From an uncultured Actinomycetota bacterium (GTDB lineage Bacteria > Actinomycetota > Actinomycetes > Mycobacteriales > Mycobacteriaceae), in the NCBI GenBank assembly GCA_963751315.1, contig CAVVUH010000038.1, positions 148,590-212,589 of the forward strand: a stretch of 64,000 nucleotides of DNA, in the 5' to 3' direction. Of this stretch, positions 26,813 to 35,391 are shown piece after piece (positions within the stretch are counted from its first letter, which is position 1; each line of letters starts with the position of its first letter). The notes beneath the pieces were generated by a model that saw only the letters and a program-made list of their open reading frames with translations, did no database searches and had not been told where the DNA came from. Position numbers and translations under genes: made by a program.

Positions 26813-27985
26813 ATGACCGCAAGTTCTGCGCCGGTCGGTCTGCCCGATGTGCACGTGAGCCCAGGCGGGCCGTTCGGCGTCTACGTGCACGTGCCGTTCT
26901 GCTTCACCCGCTGCGGCTACTGCGACTTCAATACCTACACCCCGGCCGAGTTAGGTGGCGTCAACCCCGACGCGTGGCTGCAGGTGCTGCGGTCGGAGCT
27001 CGAGCTGGCCGCAGCCCGGCTGGGCGCACCGACGGTGCAGACCGTCTTCGTCGGGGGCGGGACGCCGTCGTTGTTGGGTGGCGAGCGCATTACCACGGTG
27101 CTGCAGTCGGTGCGCGACAACTTCGAGCTGGCCGCCGACGCCGAGATCACCACCGAGGCCAACCCGGAGTCGGCTTGGCCCGATTTCTTCGCGGCCGCCC
27201 GGGCGGCCGGCTACACGAGGGTGTCGCTGGGCATGCAGTCCGTCTCGCCACGGGTGCTGGGTGTTCTAGACCGGATCCACACGCCGAACCGGTCGGCGGC
27301 GGCGGCCCGCGAGGCGCTCGCCGAAGGTTTTGAACACGTCAGCGTCGACCTGATCTACGGCACCCCGGGGGAATCCGACGACGACCTGCTGCGCTCGGTG
27401 GAAGCGGCGGTCGACACGGGCGTCGATCACGTCTCCGCCTACGCCCTGGTGGTCGAGGACGGCACCGCGCTGGCGCGCCGGGTCCGCAGCGGCGAGCTCG
27501 CCGCTCCCGACGACGACGTGCTCGCGCATCGCTACGAGCTGGTCGACGAGCAGCTGTCAGCGGCTGGCTTCGACTGGTACGAGGTTTCCAATTGGAGCCG
27601 CGCGGGCGGGCAGTGCCGACACAACCTGGGCTACTGGGACGGTGGTCAGTGGTGGGGTGCCGGCCCCGGGGCGCATAGCTATGTCGGTGCGACTCGCTGG
27701 TGGAATGTCAAGCACCCCAACACTTATGCGCAGATCCTCGACGGTGCGACGTTGCCGGTCGCCGGTTTCGAGCAGCTGGACCCTCAGCACCGCCACACCG
27801 AGGACGTGCTGCTGAGAATCCGGCTGCGCCAAGGTCTGCCGCTGGACCTGCTGGACGACGCCGAGCGCGAGCGCGCCGCTGTCGCCGTTGACGACGGCTT
27901 GCTGAAGCGCGCCGGCGAGCGCCTGGTGCTCACCGACCGGGGACGGCTGCTGGCCGACGGCGTAGTCCGCATGCTGCTGGGTTAA
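26813..27985 (+). CDS. hemW: Radical SAM heme chaperone HemW (annotated hemN in M. tuberculosis)
   Basis: HVPFCFTRCGYCDFNTY carries the CxxxCxxC motif but has Phe where true HemN has a 4th Cys. The ORF is open from the TTG at 26804. Confidence 0.85.
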   Translation: MTASSAPVGLPDVHVSPGGPFGVYVHVPFCFTRCGYCDFNTYTPAELGGVNPDAWLQVLRSELELAAARLGAPTVQTVFVGGGTPSLLGGERITTVLQSVRDNFELAADAEITTEANPESAWPDFFAAARAAGYTRVSLGMQSVSPRVLGVLDRIHTPNRSAAAAREALAEGFEHVSVDLIYGTPGESDDDLLRSVEAAVDTGVDHVSAYALVVEDGTALARRVRSGELAAPDDDVLAHRYELVDEQLSAAGFDWYEVSNWSRAGGQCRHNLGYWDGGQWWGAGPGAHSYVGATRWWNVKHPNTYAQILDGATLPVAGFEQLDPQHRHTEDVLLRIRLRQGLPLDLLDDAERERAAVAVDDGLLKRAGERLVLTDRGRLLADGVVRMLLG

Positions 27986-29343
27986 GCAGCATGTTGCATC
28001 AACGCGATGCCAACCCTGACTTCGAGTTCACTAATCGTCACCGTTGGGGCGCGGGGCGGTGCCGCGGATCGGTAGTGCCTGCCGGTTGGGGTGGTGAATT
28101 CGGCTGTGTGTCTGCCGGTTTCGTCAAAATCCGTGCTGACGCGCCAGCCGGCGGCCTCTTTGACGTAGTTACAGCGTTCGCAGGACCCCAGCCCGTTGGC
28201 AACTGCGGTTCGTCCGCCGCGGGCATGTGGTGTGGCATGGTCGCGGTGCCGGATTGGCGCGTCGCAGTACGGTGTGCGACATCGTTGATCGCGCAGCCCG
28301 ATGAACGTGGCCAGCCCGCGCGGAAATCGCCGGGCCCGTGACTCCATCGCCACCAGCGCGCCGGACTCGGGATGGGTGTAGAGCCGGCGCAGCGTCGCGC
28401 GTGACCGTGAGTCAGCACCGACGGCCATGATTAACCCGCGGGCGACTTCCGCTGGAATTGGACCATACCCAGAGATATCTGCCGGGGTGTTGTCGCCGCT
28501 CAGCAGAGTGCGGTCCGACAGAACGAGGTTGACTGCGATTGGTGTCGGCGTGGCTGCGCTGCGACCGGTGACGCGTTCGACGAGAGTGTCGGCCATGACC
28601 TGGCCGCGGGACCGGCCGTCAAATGTGGTGTCCGCGGCACGTCGCAGTGCCGCATACACCGATACGCCTTGGGCGACCGGCAGCAGCGCGGTCAACCAAG
28701 TCATGGTGTCAGGCGCGGGCCGGATGGTTACCGTGCGCTCGGTTTCGGCTTTGGCGGCCCTTTCGACGACGGCGTGCGGGTCCAGTCGGTAGGCAATCGA
28801 CCTGGCCGCGGCGGCCACCCGGGCATCGCCCATCCCGTCCAGTCCGGCGGGATCGCCGCACAGCTCGGCGTCCAGTGCTTGCCGGTCTTCGATGTCCAGA
28901 CAGGCGCTTTCCCGCACGATGAGGGTCGCGCGCCACTCCGACAACAGCCCTTGCTCCAAAGCGCCCAATGTATGCGGCATCTCGTTTACCAGGGCCTTGG
29001 CGAAGCCGAGATGCCGACCGCCACGGGCTGGTGAGTCCCTGCGGGCCAGGGCAACCTCGCTGGCCACTCCGCGACCCCGATTCGCGGCCGGCACGCCCGC
29101 CGCCGCTTCTGCGGCCCGGCGCGACGCATCCAGCGCCGCCGCCGCGCGGGCCTGGCCTGCCGCCGCGGCGGATTTGACCCGCTCCAGCTCGGCAATTCGC
29201 TCGATCAGCGTCGATTCCTCGGCGAGGAGATCGACCATAGCGAGGGACTCGAACATATGTTCGATTCTAGCGGTGTCCACTGACATTGGCAGGGTCGCCA
29301 AGTTGTGGATGAGTGGCGGGAAGGCCGAAAGGGGAGGGGTCAT
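27982..29343 (-). CDS. DUF222-type HNH endonuclease (13E12-repeat-like family)
   Basis: C-terminal CRTPYCDAPIRHRDHATPHARGGRTAVANGLGSCERCNYVKEAAGW is an HNH motif. It has the long helical N-terminal domain typical of DUF222. The stop overlaps the hemW stop by 4 nt, convergently. The start is uncertain (alternatives at 29286 and 29256). Confidence 0.8.
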   Translation of the reverse strand: MTPPLSAFPPLIHNLATLPMSVDTARIEHMFESLAMVDLLAEESTLIERIAELERVKSAAAAGQARAAAALDASRRAAEAAAGVPAANRGRGVASEVALARRDSPARGGRHLGFAKALVNEMPHTLGALEQGLLSEWRATLIVRESACLDIEDRQALDAELCGDPAGLDGMGDARVAAAARSIAYRLDPHAVVERAAKAETERTVTIRPAPDTMTWLTALLPVAQGVSVYAALRRAADTTFDGRSRGQVMADTLVERVTGRSAATPTPIAVNLVLSDRTLLSGDNTPADISGYGPIPAEVARGLIMAVGADSRSRATLRRLYTHPESGALVAMESRARRFPRGLATFIGLRDQRCRTPYCDAPIRHRDHATPHARGGRTAVANGLGSCERCNYVKEAAGWRVSTDFDETGRHTAEFTTPTGRHYRSAAPPRAPTVTISELEVRVGIALMQHAA

Positions 29344-29475
29344 TGAATCGTGGCCCGCCGTTGGTCGCTTTCGCCGATCCCGCGCAGCACCTTGTGAAAT
29401 ACGTGAAGAACATCTCGGCGACCCCGCCGCCAGAATCTCCTCTTAACCGTTAAGGCGAGCGATTATCCTTCCGCC

Positions 29476-30321
29476 ATGGCATCGAACGTGTCGGAAAAGA
29501 TTGCATTCGTTACCGGCGGCGCGTCCGGCATCGGCGCCGCGCTGGCCACCAAGCTGGCTAACGAAGGCGCCGAGGTCTGGATCGCCGATCGTCAAATCGC
29601 CGCGGCGCAGGAGCTGGCCCAACGCCTCAACAGCGGTGGCGCAAAGGCGCACGCGATCGAGCTCGATGTGCGCAGCTATCCATCGTTTGAGAGCGCCGTC
29701 GCCGAGGCGGTGCAGCAATCCGGGCGGATCGACTACCTGTTCAACAATGCGGGCATCGGAGTCAGCGGTGAAATCGACTCGTACACGCTCGATGACTGGA
29801 ACGACGTCTTCGACGTGAACCTGCGCGGTGTGGCCCACGGCATCCAAGCGGTCTATCCGATCATGATTCGGCAGCACTCCGGTCACATCGTGAACACAGC
29901 CTCGATGGCCGGTCTTGTCACCAGTCCGGGTCTGGGGAGCTACACCGCCACCAAACACGCCGTCGTCGGGATCTCGAAGGCGTTGCGCCTGGAGGCCGAG
30001 CGCCACGGCGTGCAGGTGTCGGTGTTTTGTCCGGGCGTGATCCGGACCCCGATAATGACAGGCGGCCAGTACGGACGGATGAACATAGCTGGCCTCAGCG
30101 ATGAGGAACTCCTCAAATCGTTTGAGCGGTTGCGGCCGTTGGCACCCGAAAAGTTCGCCGAGCGCGCGCTTCGTGCGGTGTTGCGGGGAGACGCGATCAT
30201 TGTGGTGCCAGCGTGGTGGAAAGCATGGTGGTACCTGGAGCGGCTCTCGCCAGCGTTGTCGATGCGATTTGCAAAGGCATCGCTCAAGCGCCTACGTGGA
30301 CTGGAGTCCACCGCCTCCTGA
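29476..30321 (+). CDS. Short-chain dehydrogenase/reductase
   Basis: TGGASGIGAA, NNAG and YTATKHAV (YxxxK). Confidence 0.88.
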   Translation: MASNVSEKIAFVTGGASGIGAALATKLANEGAEVWIADRQIAAAQELAQRLNSGGAKAHAIELDVRSYPSFESAVAEAVQQSGRIDYLFNNAGIGVSGEIDSYTLDDWNDVFDVNLRGVAHGIQAVYPIMIRQHSGHIVNTASMAGLVTSPGLGSYTATKHAVVGISKALRLEAERHGVQVSVFCPGVIRTPIMTGGQYGRMNIAGLSDEELLKSFERLRPLAPEKFAERALRAVLRGDAIIVVPAWWKAWWYLERLSPALSMRFAKASLKRLRGLESTAS

Positions 30322-30628
30322 TCCGCTGCGTGTCTTTGTGGTCAGGCGCACCGGTTCACACGTTGCGTGGGGCGGTCCGGGTGGGTAATCCTGCCGCCGG
30401 GCATGCCGCAATACGTTTCGACTAGCCGCGTTTCGGCAAGTTCGAAGGTTGTCGTTTGGTCGTGGCACCGATTACCCGAAATACACTCTCGGGGTGGGCG
30501 TGGACTCCGTTCAACTAGTCGCCAGTCGTCCAGCAAGTCCCGCCGTACACGAGCCCCCCTCGTCGCGCTATACCGATTGCGTGCGCGTATCACTTCGATC
30601 CCGACCGCGGGAGTTGGGTGCCAAACTC

Positions 30629-30851
30629 ATGACGGCACCCAGTCTTGAGTCCGCAGCCTGCACCGCGCATCCTGGTGTCATGGACGGGTCGACACGGGGC
30701 GACGTGATCCGCGGCCTGTACTTTTGTGCGGAATGCCCGGTGCTGGTGCAGTGCCGGGCCTGGGGCCAACTCGTGTAGACGCGGCACATTGACAGGAGTT
30801 GTCGCCGGAAAAGTGTGGGGTGAAGCGAAACGGTGGATCCGGAATGACTGA
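30629..30851 (+). pseudogene. WhiB-like Fe-S regulator, frameshifted
   Basis: MTAPSLESAACTAHPG...LYFCAECPVLVQCRAWG has the C-X22-C-X2-C-X5-C spacing and then hits TAG at 30776. The expected C-terminus (GVVAGKVWGEAKRWIRND*) continues in the +1 frame to 30851. The span is 223 nt. Confidence 0.55.
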
Positions 30852-30997
30852 TGCGCTCACCGGACGTACCAAGCCGCGCTGATCTACTCAGGCGAAGGCG
30901 ACATCGGAGAAGTGATCGGCCACCTGACCGTCACCGCCGACCACGCGGACGGAACACCGAGAAGCGGTGGCCGCATCGCATCAGTATCAGTGATCGA

Positions 30998-31039
30998 GGC
31001 GGTGGATCCGGGGCGGTGGATCCGGGGCGGTGGATCCGG
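30998..31039. repeat. Perfect 14-bp tandem repeat GGCGGTGGATCCGG x3, ending 1 nt before an ATG
   Basis: Units at 30998-31011, 31012-31025 and 31026-31039 are identical. A 16-nt copy, CGGTGGATCCGGAATG, recurs at 30831-30846 and matches 31028-31043. Confidence 0.95.
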
Positions 31040-31040
31040 A

Positions 31041-31767
31041 ATGGCTCAGCCTTATCTGTTCGTGGCAACCCCGATGTATGGAGGGATGTGTCACGGCAGT
31101 TACGCCGGGTCGTTGTTCCAACTGGCGACGATATTTATGAACGCCGGAGTGTCGCTGCAATACGCGCACACGATGAACGAGTCGCTGATCACTAGGGCGC
31201 GCGACAGTTTGGCCCACGATTTTCTGCAAACCGAATGCACGCATCTGATGTTCATCGACTCCGACATCGGCTTCCAAGCCGAAGACATCCTGACGATGCT
31301 CGCCGCCGGGAAGGATATTGTCTGCGGGTTGTATCCACGTAAAGAGATCGACTGGATACAGGTGGCTGCCGCTGCGCGCCGCGGAGTTGCCCCGGATGAG
31401 CTGCATCAGCATGCTCGGGCGCTTGTGGTGAACACGTTGGATGGCCCGATTGAGGATGCCGGCGACGGGCTTCTGGAGGTTGCGAACGCCGGTACTGGGT
31501 TCATGCTGATCGAGCGTGCGGTCCTCGATGGCTTGACTCATAAGGTTGCGGCGTATCGGAGTGGCGATAAGGTGTTTCACCAGTTCTTCGCCACGAGTAT
31601 CGACCCCGATAGTGGTGTGGGGTTGTCGGAGGATTTCCATTTTTGCAGGCTGGCGGGACAACGGCTATCAGGTGTGGGTCGCGCCGTGCGTGGCGCTGAC
31701 GCATACCGGCTCGTATATGTTCACCGGGCGCACTGCCCGGGGTGCGGACGTAGATCTGCCCACATAA
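31041..31767 (+). pseudogene. GT-A fold (family 2-like) glycosyltransferase of phage type, frameshifted
   Basis: MAQPYLFVATPMYGGMCHGSY...THLMFIDSDIGF (DxD)...GLYPRKEIDW...SEDFHFC. The conserved end WRDNGYQVWVAPCVALTHTGSYMFTG then continues in the +1 frame from about 31651. The span is 727 nt. Confidence 0.6.
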
Positions 31768-31777
31768 ATTAGAGGAT

Positions 31778-33079
31778 ATGCGCGCAGCCGTCTACACCAG
31801 AATCAGCCAAGACGCCACGGGACAGCGCGCCGGTGTGACCCGCCAGTTGGAGGACTGCGAGGCACTCGCCGATCGGCTCGGATGGGAGGTCACCCACCGC
31901 TACGGCGACAACGACCTGTCCGCCTCCTCCGGTCGCACCCGTCCCGGCTTCGAGGCCATGCTGAAGGCGATGGCTGACAGCGAGTTCGGAGCAGTGATCT
32001 GCTGGCATCCCGACCGGCTCTTCAGGTCGACGAAGGACCTGGAGCGGTTGATCGACATCGCCAATGGCCGCCGAGTCCAGTTGCGTACCGTCAACGCTAT
32101 GGTGGCGGCCGATCTTCGCCTACCAGGTGAAGGCCGAGCGGTGACCGGCTGCCCGGCGGTGGCGCCGCCGTGCGAGCCGGTCGTCAGCGGCGCCGACGTT
32201 GTCGCAGCAGCGTTGCGTAGCGGTGACGTCGCCGCCGCGGTGGTCCAGGGGGATGGCTTGGCGCGGACGTGGTTGACTGCGCCCGGCCGTGACGTCATCG
32301 CTGCTGCGTTGACGCCGCGCTGGTCGCGGGGGGCGGCGGAACGGTGCCGCCCGGCCGCGGCAGCCATGTTCGAGATGGTCGCCGCCCGTGGGCAGGTGGA
32401 TGGCGCTGACGTCGGCGAAGCGGTGACCCGGGCGATCCGGTTGGCGTTGTTCGGCGTGGACGACGAGTACGGACTGTGGGCGGCGGTCCAGCAGCGCCAA
32501 CCAGTTGGCGGCGACGACGTGGTCGGTCGGCTGGCCCGAGCCGCGCCGCAGTGCACCGAAGAAGAGATTTTCCTGCTGGCGTCGTCGGTGCACGGCAGCG
32601 GTGAGCGCGGCGGTGTCGGCCAGATCAGCGACACTTTCGTGTGGGCGTTGCGGCATCTTGCGTCCGACACCGGGTTGGCGGGGAGGCTGCGCGAAAACCC
32701 TAACGACATAACGGTTTTCGTTGAGGAGATCGTGCGTCTGCATTCGACGATCCAGTACCCGATACGGGTCGCCCTGCGGGACACCCGTATCGGCGACCTC
32801 GAGTTGTCGGCCGGTGACATGTTCTCCATAGCGGCAGGTGCGGCCAGCCGGGAGGGCGACGGCGGCGACCAGGTGAACGAGCGGGTGTGTAGGCATTTGG
32901 GGTTCGGCACGGGCCAGCATCGTTGCCGCGCTAACCATCTAGTCCGGGCTGTGCTGCGGGTGCTGGTGGAGGAATGGCTGGCACAAATCCACCAGTGTGC
33001 GGTGCCGGATGAGTTTGTGCCGCAATACATCCCGGGCCGGTCGGCGCTGGTGGAGCTGCCGTTGACGTGGCAGACATAG
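31778..33079 (+). pseudogene. Chimeric ORF: serine-recombinase (large serine integrase) N-terminal about 105 aa fused in frame to a decayed cytochrome P450 C-terminal part
   Basis: N-terminus MRAAVYTRISQD...GVTRQLEDCEALADRLGWEV...DNDLSASSG..RPGFEAML...VICWHPDRLFRS is a resolvase catalytic domain. From about aa 115 the sequence is P450-like: EEIVRLHS (ExxR), the heme loop FGTGQHRCRANHL and the ending LVELPLTW. The I-helix is degenerate and the P450 part is too short. Confidence 0.65.
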
Positions 33080-33125
33080 AACCGCCCCCGGTTTTGGCCA
33101 AGGGCGGTTCGTCGTTGTCGTTGGG

Positions 33126-33356
33126 TTAGTTCGGCGGCGGCGAGACCTGCGCGCACATCGCGTGTAGGAACGCTTCGTACATCAACGTCCCCACCGGGTT
33201 CGTGACGCTGACCCTCGGGTCTAGCGGCACCAGCATGTCGCCGCATTGCGCGAAGCCCGGGCCCGGCGCCGGCGTGGGTGCCGGGTCGGCGGCGGCCGGC
33301 GCGGCGGTGATGACAGCAGCTACTGCCAGCGCAGCAGTGACGAGACGGCGATTCAT
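33126..33356 (-). CDS. Small secreted protein, unknown function
   Basis: 76 aa with signal peptide [23 protein letters not shown], a Pro-rich linker and 2 Cys. ATGA overlap with the upstream ORF. Confidence 0.5.
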   Translation of the reverse strand: MNRRLVTAALAVAAVITAAPAAADPAPTPAPGPGFAQCGDMLVPLDPRVSVTNPVGTLMYEAFLHAMCAQVSPPPN

Positions 33357-33598
33357 CGGATCACGTCGTTGATGTGCGTGTACCCGTCGACCACGTCGAT
33401 ACAGGCCGCCACGGATCGGGCTGCTTCGGCTACCTGCCCGGCCGCTGTGGCGATGTGGGCGGCGAGGTGCCCGTCCTCGACGGCGCCGATCAGCGGTGTT
33501 GTGGCCCGCAGGGCGTGGCGCAGCGCGTGCAGCGCGTTCTCGAGCTCGGCTCTGGTGACGTCGTGGGTGGTGTCGGTGGTCGGTGTGGTTGTGGACAT
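33353..33598 (-). CDS. Small helical protein, unknown function
   Basis: 81 aa with AAAGGAAA about 9 nt before the ATG. Translationally coupled to the secreted ORF. Confidence 0.45.
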   Translation of the reverse strand: MSTTTPTTDTTHDVTRAELENALHALRHALRATTPLIGAVEDGHLAAHIATAAGQVAEAARSVAACIDVVDGYTHINDVIR

Positions 33599-33639
33599 GG
33601 TGATGGGTTTCCTTTCATCCTGTATATGCCCATCAATCC

Positions 33640-33753
33640 CACATTCCCGGACGGCGACGTCCAGATCAGAGTGCCGTCAGGTAGCTGTTGGTCCTGCCAG
33701 CCCCAAAAAGTTTTGATCAAATGGTGGCACCGACTAGCCAAAGAACACTCAAC
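33640..33753 (-). pseudogene. Fragment of a DUF222/13E12-family HNH endonuclease C-terminus
   Basis: Translates as [38 protein letters not shown]. This matches my recollection of the conserved end of mycobacterial 13E12-repeat proteins (HHxxKTF...PDGTxxWTxPxG). An in-frame stop lies immediately upstream, and homology ends abruptly at 33640. Confidence 0.5.
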
Positions 33754-33831
33754 TCATCGGGTGCTACCAAGCCTAGAACGGACGCGCCCTCGCGGTTCGC
33801 CGCACCGGTGGCGAGCCAAGCGCGGTAGGGA

Positions 33832-34101
33832 TTAGGCGGGTGGCGCGGGTGGCTCGGGTGGTGCGGGTGGCGGTGAGCTGGCCGGTCCGGGCGCAGCCGC
33901 ATTTCCATGCAGGCACTGCTGATATTCCTGAGTACCTGGGACGTTGTCAGCGCCGCAGCTGCAATCATGAACTTGCGCGGGGGTGGGAAGCGAATTGCAA
34001 AAGTCGCTACCAGCCGAGGCCGATGGTGCGGTCCACATAACACCAGCGGCCAAGGCTGCCGCTGCACCACCGACCGTGGCCATCAATACTCTCGTCTTCA
34101 T
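33832..34101 (-). CDS. Small secreted Cys-containing, Pro-rich-tailed protein
   Basis: 89 aa with a signal peptide ending ASA-GS, 4 Cys and the tail PGPASSPPPAPPEPPAPPA. AAGGA precedes the ATG. Confidence 0.5.
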   Translation of the reverse strand: MKTRVLMATVGGAAAALAAGVMWTAPSASAGSDFCNSLPTPAQVHDCSCGADNVPGTQEYQQCLHGNAAAPGPASSPPPAPPEPPAPPA

Positions 34102-34227
34102 GTTGGGATTCCTTTTCTCTGGAAGACCACGGCACTCCGCCGCCGCCGGTTGCGCTAGCCGAATAGTAGGGTTTCAAGGAGAAAGTCGCAGACGTCATGT
34201 GCTTTCCGCATAGGCACTTCAAATTGC

Positions 34228-35316
34228 TCACGTCGTTGTGTCGAAGCACACGACGCTGCGCGCACCATGGCCCGCGGCCATATCGGTGAACGCCGCCTCG
34301 ACGTCGTCGAGACCGATCCGCCGCGTCACCAACGCCTCGAGGTCGAGCCTGCCGCGGCGGGCGAGCTCGGCCAACACCGGGATGTCGCGCGCCGGGTCGC
34401 TGGCGCCGTACACGCTGCCCTGGATTGTCTTGCCTTCGACCATCAGCGAAAGCGCCGGAAACGTCACCGACTCCTCGATCCCCGCGGCGCCCACCAGGGT
34501 GACCTTGCCGCCGCGGCGGGTGGCGTCGTAAGCCGCGCGAATCGTCGCGGGCTTGCCCACCACCTCGATTCCGTGATCGACCCCGGCGCCGCCGGTGAGG
34601 TCGCGCACGGCGCTGGCCAGGTCGACCTCGCTGGTATCGATCGTCTCGGTCGCGCCGTTTGCTGTCGCGGCCGGAAGCTGGGCGGCTACCCGGTCGGCGG
34701 CGATGATCGGCGCCGCGCCGGCCAGCCGAGCCCCTTGGATCGCCGCCAAACCCACACCGCCGCAGCCGATGACAAGCACGCTTTCGCCCGGACGAACGGC
34801 TGCCGTGTGCATCACCGCACCGACCCCGGTGGTGACGCCGCAGCCCAGCAGCGCTGCCTGGTCGAGCGGCAGCGACTCGTCGACCGGCACGACCGCCGCG
34901 GCCGGCAGCAACGTCTGTTCGGCCAGCGACCCGACTCCCATTCCCGGCCACACCGGGCCGGCGCCGTCGGCGTACGGACCGCCGTAAACATGGTCGTAGG
35001 CATGCACACACAGCTGGGACTCGCCACGCAGGCAATGCGGGCAGGACCGGCACGCCACCAGCCACGTCAAGACGACGTGCTGACCCGGACCAACGGTGGT
35101 GACGTCGGCGCCGACCTCGGTGACGATCCCGGCGCCCTCGTGGCCGAGTGTGCACGGCAGCAGCGTCGGTATTGATCCGTCGCGCAACGACAAGTCGCTG
35201 TGGCACACGCCGCTGGCGGCCAACTGCACTTGGACTTCGTGGCGGCCAATCGGTCGCAGCGCCAGCTCCTCGACCGCTGTCGGTTGACCGACCTGGCGCA
35301 GCACAACACCCTTCAC
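34228..35316 (-). CDS. Zinc-dependent alcohol dehydrogenase (MDR family)
   Basis: GVCHSDL, GHEGAGIV, structural-Zn cysteines CRSCPHCLRGESQLC and GCGGVGL. A GTG start at 35316 follows AGGAGC. The 878-aa ORF extension is antisense to the ALDH gene. Confidence 0.88.
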   Translation of the reverse strand: MKGVVLRQVGQPTAVEELALRPIGRHEVQVQLAASGVCHSDLSLRDGSIPTLLPCTLGHEGAGIVTEVGADVTTVGPGQHVVLTWLVACRSCPHCLRGESQLCVHAYDHVYGGPYADGAGPVWPGMGVGSLAEQTLLPAAAVVPVDESLPLDQAALLGCGVTTGVGAVMHTAAVRPGESVLVIGCGGVGLAAIQGARLAGAAPIIAADRVAAQLPAATANGATETIDTSEVDLASAVRDLTGGAGVDHGIEVVGKPATIRAAYDATRRGGKVTLVGAAGIEESVTFPALSLMVEGKTIQGSVYGASDPARDIPVLAELARRGRLDLEALVTRRIGLDDVEAAFTDMAAGHGARSVVCFDTTT

Positions 35317-35391
35317 GTCAACGCTCCTGTGATCGGGGTCATATCGACTTACCATTGCGGGGCGACCGCGCCAGGTCAAGGAGGCAGGAAG

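Larger units (their letters stand above)
30629..32100. mobile_element. Degraded integrated element remnant (phiRv1-like): WhiB-like gene, GT-A glycosyltransferase, 5' third of a serine integrase
   Basis: All three are typical mycobacteriophage/prophage genes and each is disrupted. The integrase N-terminus resembles what I recall of the phiRv1 integrase. The boundaries are not defined. Confidence 0.5.

Noticed and set aside
30998-31039. Possible CRISPR array, or cluster-A mycobacteriophage stoperator sites
   Set aside because: The repeats are contiguous with no spacers, so this is not a CRISPR array. GGTGGAT matches only the first 7 nt of the stoperator consensus as I remember it (GGTGGMTGTCAAG) and the rest differs, which is too weak to claim.
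30912-31040. N-terminal extension of the glycosyltransferase ORF reading through the 14-bp repeats
   Set aside because: The extension translates to non-homologous sequence (..EAVDPGRWIRGGGSG). The conserved family N-terminus starts at MAQPYLFVATPMYGG (ATG at 31041).
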